DNA of 60,767 nt, counting the filler. It is 7 parts of 7 records of this genome, joined end to end, with 100 filler letters (N's around TTAATTAATTAA, not from the genome) between each part and the next. Parts side by side here need not be neighbours in the genome. Positions count along the whole stretch, not along the records: positions 41,229 to 48,891 come from SRR31156797_38297; positions 48,992 to 54,464 come from SRR31156797_38345; positions 54,565 to 60,767 come from SRR31156797_38382; 4 more parts are not named here. One strand, 5' to 3'. The notes under the pieces were generated by a model, which made no database searches, was not told the origin of the DNA, and was given only the letters and a program-made list of their open reading frames with translations. The translations under genes and the position numbers were made by a program. Below, piece after piece: positions 48,192-57,790 of the stretch (its first letter is position 1; every line of letters begins with the position of its first letter).

Positions 48192-48695
48192 ATGAAACAA
48201 TTTGTACTAATTTTATTTGCGTTCTTATTTGTTCTTTCCTCCTGTTCTTACGAACCGGGTGTATCAGAAGCATACACGAAATATCGGTTTAAAGATGGTG
48301 TTACTACTGTATCAGTTCCGGGATGGGTAATTCGTTTGGCTGCCGGTTTTGCTGATCTGGACGAGAAGGAACAAGAGCTTTTGGAAAGTATCGACAAAGT
48401 AAAAGTAATTGCTGTTGAGGATAATAATCTGAACGCAAAGATTGATTTGCACGAAGAGTATTACAGGCGTATTCGCGATAAAAATGATTACGAAGAACTG
48501 ATGGTGGTTAGAAATGAAGATGAGAATGTAACCATTTTTGGCAAGATGGATGATACTACCATTAAAGAAATGCTGATTTTGGTTGGCGGCGATGATAATG
48601 CCATGATCTATTTAAAAGGAGAAATTAATCCGGAATTGCTAAACAATTACGTTGATTTTACTGAACCGGATAAGTTCTTGAGTCTGGGGTACTAA
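48192..48695 (+). CDS. DUF4252 family lipoprotein
   Basis: Lipobox LSS-C; KY..KDGVTTVSVP, YEELMVV and IKEMLILV motifs. Confidence 0.8.
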   Translation: MKQFVLILFAFLFVLSSCSYEPGVSEAYTKYRFKDGVTTVSVPGWVIRLAAGFADLDEKEQELLESIDKVKVIAVEDNNLNAKIDLHEEYYRRIRDKNDYEELMVVRNEDENVTIFGKMDDTTIKEMLILVGGDDNAMIYLKGEINPELLNNYVDFTEPDKFLSLGY

Positions 48696-48716
48696 ATAGC
48701 TGAAACAGAAAACTGA

Positions 48717-48760
48717 AACCGGATTTTGTAAATTCTAAATTACAAAATCCGGTTTTTTTA
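48717..48760 (+). terminator. Intrinsic terminator
   Basis: AACCGGATTTTGTAA/TTACAAAATCCGGTT stem with T-tract. Confidence 0.85.
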
Positions 48761-48817
48761 TATCCATACGTCGTGTTTACTGAATTTTTGTTTCTTAAAT
48801 TAGTAGCAAACATACTT

Positions 48818-48891
48818 ATGAATTTAAGCTTATTAATCATATTGCTGTTGGGTGGTTTAGCCTTGTTTCTTCATGGAATGAACGTGATGAC
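48818..48891 (+). CDS. Na/Pi cotransporter family protein, N-terminal fragment
   Basis: Translates MNLSLLIILLLGGLALFLHGMNVM, matching the LLGGLALFLxGM start of this family; not in the ORF track. Confidence 0.65.
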
Positions 48892-48991
48892 NNNNNNNNN
48901 NNNNNNNNNNNNNNNNNNNNNNNNNNNNNNNNNNNTTAATTAATTAANNNNNNNNNNNNNNNNNNNNNNNNNNNNNNNNNNNNNNNNNNNN
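48892..48991. other. Artificial contig linker
   Basis: 44 N + TTAATTAATTAA + 44 N. Confidence 0.98.
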
Positions 48992-50446
48992 AAGAAGTCC
49001 GGCGTGGTTGGCAAGGTGGGTTACTTTGTCCTCCCCGGCACGATGGAGGTTTGGGACTACGTGCAACGGCGGTGGGACCGTGTGTTGAGGCCCCATAAGG
49101 CCCCATTTTTAGCCTTTGGCGGCTGGGTCGGCAGCGTCCCGAAAAGCAGCAAACAGAAAGCGGCTGCATGGGACTACCTCATGTGGTATTCCAGCCCGGA
49201 GAACAGCCTGCACGATGTAATAACCAGCGGTACCGGTGTGAACCCGTATCGGTACACCCATTTCACCAACATTGATGCGTGGACCAAGGCGCTCACGCCC
49301 CGCGCCGCTTCTGAATATCTCGGCATGCTGCGGGCAAGCCTCGATTCCCCCCATGTGGCGCTTGATCTGCGTCTCCCCGGTTTTTTCGAATACACGGAGG
49401 CGCTCGAGATTGAGCTCGAGCGGGCCCTGAGGAGGGAAATTTCAGCCCCGCTTGCTCTGGAACGGGTAGCTGTGAAGTGGGAGCAGGTCACGGAACGGCG
49501 GGGCCGAGAAAAGCAAAAGGCGATTTATAGAGCCTCCATGGAATTACCACCAAAACCGCCCCAGGAGAAAAAAAAATATGTTATTGGTTTCTCCCAGGCC
49601 ACCACGACTGAGCCGTGGCGACTTTTATTCAATAAGGTCCTGCGGCAAGAGGCTGCCAAGCACTCGAACATCGACCTCATTGTCACCGACGGGCTTGACG
49701 ACACGGACAAGCAGGTTCGGGATGTCGCAGACTTCATACGTCAGAAGGTCGACGCCGTTTTGATTTCACCAAAGGTCGCCTCAGGCCTCACCCCAATTGT
49801 CAACAAGGCTTACAGCACCGGCATCCCGGTGATTGTCCTCGACCGTGATCTTACCAACGACCAGTACACGCAGTTCATCGGCGGTGACAACCGCCTCATT
49901 GGAAAAACCGCTGGGAACTATGCCGTCAACCTTCTTGGCGGAAGGGGCATGGCTCGCGGCACCATCGTCGAAATCTGGGGTGGTATGGCGTCAACGCCGG
50001 CCCAGGACCGACACGATGGGTTCCGTCAGGTCATCGACAAGGAACCCGGCATTTCGATGGTCATCCAACCTGCCGACGGCGACTGGAAGCAGGACAAAGG
50101 ATACGAAATCATGGCCCGGGCGCTGGCTGCAAATGACCGTATCGATCTTGTTTATGCCCACAACGATCCAATGGCCTTCGGCGCCTACATGGCGGCAAAA
50201 GACGAGGGGCGGGAGAAGGACATCTTCTTCCTTGGCATTGACGGTATTCCCGGTGAAGGGATCAAATGGGTTTACGAAGGGATTCTGACAGCGACATTCC
50301 TCTACGACACTCCGGGCGACGAGGGTATCCAGCAGGCGATTCGAATTCTCAATGGCGCACCGATCGCCAAGCGGATTACCCTGCCGACCATGACCATTGA
50401 CAAGAGCAACGCCAAAGAAATCCTCATGGCGCATGGCCTGTATTGA
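48992..50446 (+). CDS. Tandem solute-binding protein (family 1 sugar SBP + RbsB-like domain), 5' truncated
   Basis: Frame open from the contig start; APFLAFGGW/GVNPYR/LDLRLPG, then Pro-rich linker, then IGFSQ..EPWR, GIPVIVLDR, VYAHNDPMA, GIDG. Confidence 0.85.
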   Translation, partial: KKSGVVGKVGYFVLPGTMEVWDYVQRRWDRVLRPHKAPFLAFGGWVGSVPKSSKQKAAAWDYLMWYSSPENSLHDVITSGTGVNPYRYTHFTNIDAWTKALTPRAASEYLGMLRASLDSPHVALDLRLPGFFEYTEALEIELERALRREISAPLALERVAVKWEQVTERRGREKQKAIYRASMELPPKPPQEKKKYVIGFSQATTTEPWRLLFNKVLRQEAAKHSNIDLIVTDGLDDTDKQVRDVADFIRQKVDAVLISPKVASGLTPIVNKAYSTGIPVIVLDRDLTNDQYTQFIGGDNRLIGKTAGNYAVNLLGGRGMARGTIVEIWGGMASTPAQDRHDGFRQVIDKEPGISMVIQPADGDWKQDKGYEIMARALAANDRIDLVYAHNDPMAFGAYMAAKDEGREKDIFFLGIDGIPGEGIKWVYEGILTATFLYDTPGDEGIQQAIRILNGAPIAKRITLPTMTIDKSNAKEILMAHGLY

Positions 50447-50506
50447 GGGCGTCCCTCATTTGGCCGGCCGCGGGAAAGAACGTGAAGACAATGAAATCTA
50501 TTGGGT

Positions 50507-52774
50507 ATGAATTCGACTGAGACATATGGGGTGGAGCGTGCGAACCAGGGATTTTGGGGGAGCTTCGGCGGCAGGCTTTACCTGGCATCCGGCGCGATCA
50601 TTCTGTTGACTGTGGTCACAACCGCGTTGGGCCTCTACTCCTTCAATCGTTTCGGAGAAGTTGTACAGCGTACGACAACAAAGACCATCCCCCTGGTCGT
50701 CGAGGCCAAACACCTGGCGGAAAGGAGTCTATCCCTCACCGCATCGGCACAGCGTATCGCTCTGGCCAGAAACAAAAAAGAGCTTCAGGCCACCATGGCC
50801 GATCTCGATTCACTGCTTCACACGATCAATAAAGCGGTGGACGGTCTGAAAGGCCGATCCGATCCTGACATCCTCAGCGACATTCGCGAGGACATCGGCA
50901 CCTTGGCGACCATTCTGGAGGCACTCGAAGGCTTGGCCGAGCAACGCTTCTCGATGCAACAGCAACACGATATATTCATGGACAAAGTGAATGATGTTGG
51001 AGCCGATTTCTCCGACACATCCCATCCGGTAACCTACGGGGTCCACTCCCTGATGGGTTTATTCGCCAACCGTGCTGGACGTCGCACGACGACAATGATC
51101 GAAGAATTGGGCAGTGACGTCCATCGACCGGTGGCGATCATGATGGCGGCACGGCGCACCATCGAATCCATCATGGCATCCGCCTCTCTTGATACAGGGA
51201 ACAAGGATCAACTGCAATGGCTCCACCGCTCCTCGTTAACCATCGTTGCAAAGGACCTCGAGGCCTTGTCTCGCGACACTGCGTCTCCACAACGAACGGA
51301 ACTGGTTCAGATGGCGACGGTATTGCGGGACAGCGATCACATTGGAAACGAGGACCTGCAGCAGTTCTCCCGGCGACTGGACGAACAGGTGGAACGGGAA
51401 AGTCGTGCTCTTTTCGAAGATCACCGGCGTGTGGGCCTTGAAACACGGCATACGATCGTGCGGTTGATCAACATGGCGGTCAAAGAAGTTGGCGTCAGCA
51501 CCGAGATTCGGGCCCTGGGAATCCACGTAATCAGCCTCCTCAATACCGTTGCGGTCCTCGAGTCGGTGGAGGCTGTCTACGAGATGCGAGTGGGATTCGA
51601 CCGCTCATTCGACGCCCTTCGGGATGCACTGGGGGCATTCGGGAACAGTGCACTCGCCCAGCGCAATCCGATCCTTGCGGGCAACCTTCGCAAGATCGAG
51701 GAGGATCTGATCCGCCTGCGATACGCTGACATGGATCCGTTCGCGCAACGTACCAAGGAACTGGGTCTGCTCAGCGAGATTGAAGAGCGGCTGGCCGAGG
51801 GCCATGAGGTATCCAGCCGGTTGACCCGGAAGGTCGACCAGCTGGTGACAGGGATTATGGCTGACGTCGAGAAGCTTGGCATTGATGCTGACAGGCAGCG
51901 ACAGACAAACAGTACGATCATCGGTTTCGGAAGTGCATTCTCGGTGCTGGTAATTGTGGTCATCACCATCTACACCGCAACGATTTCGCGGCGCCACGAA
52001 GCCAATCTGCACGGTGAAATCTTGGAGCGCACGCGCACGGAAGAGGCGCTTCGCCGGCGCACGGGGCAGTTGGAAACGGCCAATGTCGAGTTGGATTCTT
52101 TCGTCTATTCCATTTCCCATGACCTGCGGGCCCCGTTGCGAGGCCTCGCAGGCTTCAGCCAGGCCCTGATGGAGGACTATGCCGACAAGCTCGATGGCAA
52201 TGCGGTGGACTACCTCACCCGTATCAGCAACGCCAGTCAGCGCATGGGGCAGATGATCGATGACCTGCTGACGCTGTCGCGTTCAACACGGGGCGAGCTC
52301 CGCTGGGAGCGGGTCAATTTGTCCGCCATGGCCACGACAATTGCCGCGGGGCTTGGCGAGGGCGACACAGACCGAAAGGTGGCATTCGAGATCGCACCGC
52401 AGGTCATCGCCCATGGCGATCCACGTGTTCTGCGCATCGTTCTCGAGAATCTGCTGCACAATGCATTTAAGTTCACCAGCAAGCGCGACAGGGCCACAAT
52501 CACCTTCAGCTCCCGACGGTTGGGCGGAGAAACGGTGTATTTCGTGCGGGACGATGGCGCCGGCTTCGATATGACGTATGCCGACAAACTATTTGGCATT
52601 TTCCAGCGCCTGCATGCAATGACCGAGTTCGAGGGCAATGGTATCGGCCTTGCGATGGTCGCGCGCCTTATTCACCGTCATGGTGGCCGCGTCTGGGCCG
52701 AAGGTGCCGAGGAACAAGGGTCTACTTTTTCTTTTACGCTGGGAAGCTCGGCGATAAGGGGTTTGACGACATGA
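50507..52774 (+). CDS. Membrane sensor histidine kinase with a large helical (TorS-like) periplasmic domain
   Basis: Two TMs, H-box FVYSISHDLRAPLR, N-box NLLHNAFKF, DDGAGF, FQRLH, GNGIGLA; alternative TTG start at 50501. Confidence 0.92.
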   Translation: MNSTETYGVERANQGFWGSFGGRLYLASGAIILLTVVTTALGLYSFNRFGEVVQRTTTKTIPLVVEAKHLAERSLSLTASAQRIALARNKKELQATMADLDSLLHTINKAVDGLKGRSDPDILSDIREDIGTLATILEALEGLAEQRFSMQQQHDIFMDKVNDVGADFSDTSHPVTYGVHSLMGLFANRAGRRTTTMIEELGSDVHRPVAIMMAARRTIESIMASASLDTGNKDQLQWLHRSSLTIVAKDLEALSRDTASPQRTELVQMATVLRDSDHIGNEDLQQFSRRLDEQVERESRALFEDHRRVGLETRHTIVRLINMAVKEVGVSTEIRALGIHVISLLNTVAVLESVEAVYEMRVGFDRSFDALRDALGAFGNSALAQRNPILAGNLRKIEEDLIRLRYADMDPFAQRTKELGLLSEIEERLAEGHEVSSRLTRKVDQLVTGIMADVEKLGIDADRQRQTNSTIIGFGSAFSVLVIVVITIYTATISRRHEANLHGEILERTRTEEALRRRTGQLETANVELDSFVYSISHDLRAPLRGLAGFSQALMEDYADKLDGNAVDYLTRISNASQRMGQMIDDLLTLSRSTRGELRWERVNLSAMATTIAAGLGEGDTDRKVAFEIAPQVIAHGDPRVLRIVLENLLHNAFKFTSKRDRATITFSSRRLGGETVYFVRDDGAGFDMTYADKLFGIFQRLHAMTEFEGNGIGLAMVARLIHRHGGRVWAEGAEEQGSTFSFTLGSSAIRGLTT

Positions 52775-53220
52775 CTGCATCAACCATATTGCTCGTTGAG
52801 GACAATCCGGACGACGAGTTCCTTGCCGTACGCGAATTACAAAAGCAGAATATCGTCAACGAAATCATCGTGGTGCGGGACGGGGCCGAAGCCCTGGATT
52901 ACCTTTTCGGTACGGGGCGATACGCCGGACGCAATATTCACGACGTCCCGACCCTGGTGTTACTCGACCTCAAACTGCCAAAAGTGGATGGTTTGGAGGT
53001 GCTGCGCCGGATCCGGGAGGAGAACCTAACGATGCACATCCCTGTCGTGGTATTGACCTCATCCGATTCTCAACGGGACATCCGCGAAAGCTACCGACTC
53101 GGCGCAAACAGCTATGTCTGCAAATCGGTCAACTTCAAACAGTTCCAAGAGGCATTGCGACGCGTGCAGTTCTATTGGTTGCGATTGAATGAACCACCGC
53201 CACTCGAAGGATCACCATGA
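52771..53220 (+). CDS. Single-domain response regulator (Rcp1-like)
   Basis: ILLVEDNPDD, LLDLKLPKVDG, LTSS, GANSYVCK, FYWL.LN. Confidence 0.93.
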   Translation: MTASTILLVEDNPDDEFLAVRELQKQNIVNEIIVVRDGAEALDYLFGTGRYAGRNIHDVPTLVLLDLKLPKVDGLEVLRRIREENLTMHIPVVVLTSSDSQRDIRESYRLGANSYVCKSVNFKQFQEALRRVQFYWLRLNEPPPLEGSP

Positions 53221-54464
53221 CAAAACAACTTCAGGTACTCATCGTTGAAGACAGTGAGGATGATGCAATCCTGCTTGTACGGACCTTAAAACAGGGCGGC
53301 TTCGAACCAATCTACAAGCGTGTGGACAGTGCCAAGGGTTTGCGCGCAGCGCTTAGCGGATCATCGTGGGAGATCATCATCTGTGATCACGCCATGCCGC
53401 AGTTCGACTCCTTCGCGGCGCTTACTATCTTGAAGGAGATGGATTTAGATTTGCCATTTATCGTGGTCTCCGGGGTGATTGGTGAGGAGGTTGCGGTTGC
53501 CATGATGAAGGCCGGCGCACACGATTATCTGATGAAGGACAATCTGCTTCGCCTCGTACCGGCCATCGAACGGGAATTGAAGGAAGCTGCAGAACGGCAC
53601 CAGCGCCGCCAGGCCGAAGAGGCGCTGCGAACGAGTGAGGAGCAGTTCAGAGGGCTCATCGAGAATTCGCCTTCAGCGATTTTTCTGAAAGATAAAGAGC
53701 ACCGTTTTCGCATCGTCAACAAGCGGTTCGAGCAGTGGTTTGGTGTGGCGGAAGCGGATGTGCTCGGTAAGACCTCTTACCACTTCTTCCCCAAGGAGTG
53801 CGCAGATGCCTATGCCTCTCAGGACCAGGAAGTTCTTGAGACGGGCACACCAATTGAAAGGGAGCTCGCTGTGCCCTTTGCAGACGGCACGCTCCATCCT
53901 GTCCTCGTCAACAAGTATCCCGTGTTCGATGCACACGGACATCCCGTGGGCATCGGTACCATCAACAGCGACATGATGGACCGCAAACGTGCGGAGGACG
54001 AGCTGCGGCGACAGCGGGATATGCTGGATGTGACCTTGTCGAGCATTGGAGATGCCGTAATCGCGACCGACACACACAGCAAGATCACTTTCTTCAATCG
54101 CGTAGCCGAACAACTCACCGGGTGGCCACAGCAAGACACTCTCGGGCGTCCCCTCGACGAGGTTTTCCGAATTGTCCACGAGCAGACCCTGAAGCCCGCT
54201 GTCAATCCCGTTGCCCGTGTACTACGGGAGGGAATGATTGTCGGTTTAGCCAATCATACGGCCTTGATCACACGCCAAAACCAAATGATCCCGATTGCAG
54301 ACAGCGCAGCACCGATCCGAAGCATCAACGGAAACCTCGAGGGTGTGGTACTGGTTTTTCGTGACATTACCGAGCAGAAGCACCTGGAGGAGGTTTTATT
54401 CCGCGCCAGGAAAGTTGAATCGGTTGGTGTGTTGGCCGGAGGCATTGCCCACGATTTTAACAAT
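53217..54464 (+). CDS. REC-PAS-PAS hybrid histidine kinase, 3' truncated
   Basis: Receiver (VEDSEDD, CDHAMP, GAHDYLMK), two PAS/PAC domains, H-box LAGGIAHDFNN at the contig end. Confidence 0.92.
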
Positions 54465-54564
54465 NNNNNNNNNNNNNNNNNNNNNNNNNNNNNNNNNNNN
54501 NNNNNNNNTTAATTAATTAANNNNNNNNNNNNNNNNNNNNNNNNNNNNNNNNNNNNNNNNNNNN
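54465..54564. other. Artificial contig linker
   Basis: 44 N + TTAATTAATTAA + 44 N. Confidence 0.98.
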
Positions 54565-54653
54565 AGACTTTTTAATGCATATTCCGGGTTTAACCTTCAA
54601 CTTAACACTACATATTTAATTCACAACCCTAAACAACTAAATCTAATATCACT

Positions 54654-56807
54654 ATGCAACTGTTAACCCTGCTTCTAAAATCCTCGGTAGTTATTACTTT
54701 GTTTTTATTGGTTTACTACCTACTGATGAATAAATCATCGCACTTTAGTATTAACCGTTTCTTTTTGCTGTGTGGGCTTGTGTTAGCCATAAGTATTCCA
54801 TTTATGCGAATTGCCTACCCGGTATACATTGAAATAGAAACGCCGGAGGTGATAGAGCCTTCAGAGAATCATGTAACAACTACTGTCGTTAATACAGAAA
54901 TTATTCCTGAAATACCTGCTAATGTTGCTACTAAACCTGCAGAAGTGAGCATCAATTGGGAAAATCTGGCTTGGTGGATGTATGCCGGTATTTCATTGCT
55001 TTTTTTGCTGAGACTTTTAGGCTCCTTTTTGTATAGTTTCTACTTATTAAAAACAGCGCAGCAAATACAGTGGAAATCAAACAAGTATTACCTGCACCCC
55101 AAAGTTAAAAACCCAATGACTTTTGCTTCCTTTATTTTTATCCCGAGTAGAGAATACCTGGAAGACCATAAAGAACAAGTGCTTATACACGAGCTCATTC
55201 ATAAAAAGCAGCATCATTGGGTAGATATGCTTTTAGGTGAGTTACTATTGGCCCTTTACTGGATCAATCCGCTGGTTTGGCTATATAAGCAATGCGTTAA
55301 AAACAACCTGGAATATATTGCCGACCGTGGCGTTCTAGATACAGGACTGCAGTTGAATACCTACATACAATCTATTTTATGTGAAACCATGGGAACGGAA
55401 ACCATATTGCTAGCCAACCACTTCCAAACTTCCCAAAACAAACAACGACTCAAAATGATGAAGAATATAAAACAATCCCGCTGGGGTAAAATAAAGCTAT
55501 TGCTGATTTTGCCTTTAACCGGACTCATACTCTGGGCCTTTAGCACCCCTGAATATATCTACCAACAACAAGACAATAAAATCATTAACTATAAAGAATT
55601 ATGGAAAGATAAGACGGATAGTGTTACTATATCTTTGTTTGATGGTCCTTATACTAGAGAAGTAAGACAATTGGATGGCACCTACAAGAAGGTAATTGTT
55701 TCAAATGAGTTGTATTATAACGGAATACTGACAATAAGAGATGGAAAGACTATTAACATACCTCTTTCAGAAGTATACATAGAGCAGCCAATTAACAAAG
55801 GAGATACGATAATTTTAAATATACCAGGTCACTACCCTAAACAAACCATATTTACAGGCCAAAAAGTAATTTATGCCGATTCAAAGCCCAAAGAAAGAAA
55901 AACTGCAACTGGTAAAATTATTACTAACAATGGTCTACCTAATGTCCACATTATAGTAGATGGTGATGAAATTGGAGCAATAAGTGATAGTAAAGGCTTC
56001 TTTGAATTAAGTGTTTATGATGGAGCTGTACTGTCTTTTTATCATCCGGAATATAAAAGTAAAAAGGTAATCTATCATTCTGGCGATAAGCTGGAAATTA
56101 GTCTAGAGAAAAAAAGGTCTGTTTCTGATTCTGAATATATCACCGTCTCTGGTCAGGTTTATTTTGCAGATACTTTATTTTACTTACAAGATAATGGAAG
56201 TTATAAAACAAAAATAATAACATATCCTCGACACAAAAGTAACATTAGTATAAAAGGAACAGATATTTCTATTCCATCCGATTACCACAAGGGGTATATC
56301 ATTTATAATATTAATCCGAATGACACTCTTGTATTTTCTTACCCAGGATTTAAAACAAAAGAGGTAGTTTATAATGAAGATACAACTATTTCGCCTATAC
56401 TAGAAAGGGAAGATTACTATTATTATGAATTACCTGAAATGCATAATAATTACTTTGGTAAAACAGATATATCTATAACAAAAGAAAAGCAAATTCGACC
56501 TGAAGGTTATCCAGAATTGGAATTGACAATGTTCCCAGATTATCAATATGGTGAAATTACATTTTTTAAAGAGCTTTATTTAAAATCAGCTCTATTAGCT
56601 CAAGAGCAAAAGCTAAAAGGCACTGCCTATGTAAAGTTTGTAATTGATGAAAAGGGTAAAATGGTCAGCACCGTTCCTTTTGGGAATACGGATCAGAAAA
56701 TTCTGGATGCTGCAGAACAAATAGTTCAGGAATTAAATGAATGGTATCCAGGTTATAAAGCCGGAAAGTACAGGGCTTTTACGATGTGTGTAAAAGTGGA
56801 GTTTTAG
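54654..56807 (+). CDS. BlaR1/M56 peptidase with carboxypeptidase-regulatory-like repeats and a TonB_C-like C-terminus
   Basis: NRFFLL, HELIH (HExxH), WINPLVW, EYIAD, KQRLKMM; repeats ending LSF..P.YKSK; C-terminal GTAYVKFVIDEKG...WYPG. Confidence 0.88.
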   Translation: MQLLTLLLKSSVVITLFLLVYYLLMNKSSHFSINRFFLLCGLVLAISIPFMRIAYPVYIEIETPEVIEPSENHVTTTVVNTEIIPEIPANVATKPAEVSINWENLAWWMYAGISLLFLLRLLGSFLYSFYLLKTAQQIQWKSNKYYLHPKVKNPMTFASFIFIPSREYLEDHKEQVLIHELIHKKQHHWVDMLLGELLLALYWINPLVWLYKQCVKNNLEYIADRGVLDTGLQLNTYIQSILCETMGTETILLANHFQTSQNKQRLKMMKNIKQSRWGKIKLLLILPLTGLILWAFSTPEYIYQQQDNKIINYKELWKDKTDSVTISLFDGPYTREVRQLDGTYKKVIVSNELYYNGILTIRDGKTINIPLSEVYIEQPINKGDTIILNIPGHYPKQTIFTGQKVIYADSKPKERKTATGKIITNNGLPNVHIIVDGDEIGAISDSKGFFELSVYDGAVLSFYHPEYKSKKVIYHSGDKLEISLEKKRSVSDSEYITVSGQVYFADTLFYLQDNGSYKTKIITYPRHKSNISIKGTDISIPSDYHKGYIIYNINPNDTLVFSYPGFKTKEVVYNEDTTISPILEREDYYYYELPEMHNNYFGKTDISITKEKQIRPEGYPELELTMFPDYQYGEITFFKELYLKSALLAQEQKLKGTAYVKFVIDEKGKMVSTVPFGNTDQKILDAAEQIVQELNEWYPGYKAGKYRAFTMCVKVEF

Positions 56808-56907
56808 GAATCCGTTATCGTTAAAACCTCTTCCCCTTCGGGACTACTCCTTTTAAAGGCTACACTTCACTGTTAAACGATGTAAATCAATGAATATAGT
56901 GTATTAA

Positions 56908-57093
56908 AAAAGGCTGAAAGCCCTGAACTTCGCAACAAGGGGCATCGCTCCTTGCAATTGACATTATAGAAATGTCAGGCTGAAGGTCTTAAACTCTAAA
57001 CTTAAGTTACAGACTTTCAGCCTGCATACATATAGCATACAAACACTTGTGTGCGTTGCCACAAGTCATGAAACTTAAGGCTTTCAGCCTTTT
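56908..57093. repeat. Nested palindromic REP/BIME-like element
   Basis: 15-bp IR AAAAGGCTGAAAGCC/GGCTTTCAGCCTTTT enclosing a related IR CAGGCTGAAGGTCT/AGACTTTCAGCCTG (56976-57024) and side hairpins. Confidence 0.8.
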
Positions 57094-57189
57094 ATAAACA
57101 TTAATGCCCAATGAGGATACACTTTCACTTATGAGAGTACATTAACAAAGGCATGTATTAGCTAAAAATTTATACCAATAATGACTTTT

Positions 57190-57780
57190 CTAATCCAAAA
57201 CAAAGAAATTAGAATAGGCAATTAAAGTATCATATCTTCCTAATGAAAATGCAACAGGAATACCATCTATAAAAACTTTAAATTGAAATACTCCAGACAA
57301 AATCACGCCTTTTTCGTCTTCATCAACTATTAACTTTCTGGCTTTTACAATTTCAAACTCTCCGGAAATAATCTCCACATCTAAGCTTATATCATTTTCC
57401 TTGATTTCGATATCTGCGCTCCCGGAAGATAAATCTATCGTAGTTTGATTTAAATTCAATAAATCTTCCAGATCTGCCGGCTTGTAATCATGAATATGAA
57501 GTGTGAAATTAAATTCCTCATAATAACTGTTTCTACCACTAAATATAAATGATGTAGTATTGTTTTCTGCAACAATTTTTAAAGGGTAAGACTTGTCATC
57601 TTGTATAATAAAGTCCCTTTCATAACGCACACCAAAAGTGTTATATCCCATCTCGGAGTATATGGGCAAACCAGAAACTTCAGGATCAGAAATAAAAATA
57701 GATTCTTCGATATATAAATCATCACTATCGCAGCTGATAAACCCGATAAGAATAAATATAATGGTAATATATTTTAACAT
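57190..57780 (-). CDS. Hypothetical lipoprotein
   Basis: Lipobox FIS-C; LPIYSEMGYNTFG motif; beta-rich. Confidence 0.75.
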   Translation of the reverse strand: MLKYITIIFILIGFISCDSDDLYIEESIFISDPEVSGLPIYSEMGYNTFGVRYERDFIIQDDKSYPLKIVAENNTTSFIFSGRNSYYEEFNFTLHIHDYKPADLEDLLNLNQTTIDLSSGSADIEIKENDISLDVEIISGEFEIVKARKLIVDEDEKGVILSGVFQFKVFIDGIPVAFSLGRYDTLIAYSNFFVLD

Positions 57781-57790
57781 GATCATTGAA

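Noticed and set aside
48818-50446. Functional links across linkers (e.g. Na/Pi fragment with the SBP gene)
   Set aside because: Different contigs, probably different organisms
54654-56807. Beta-lactam resistance sensor
   Set aside because: No penicillin-binding domain and no beta-lactamase nearby
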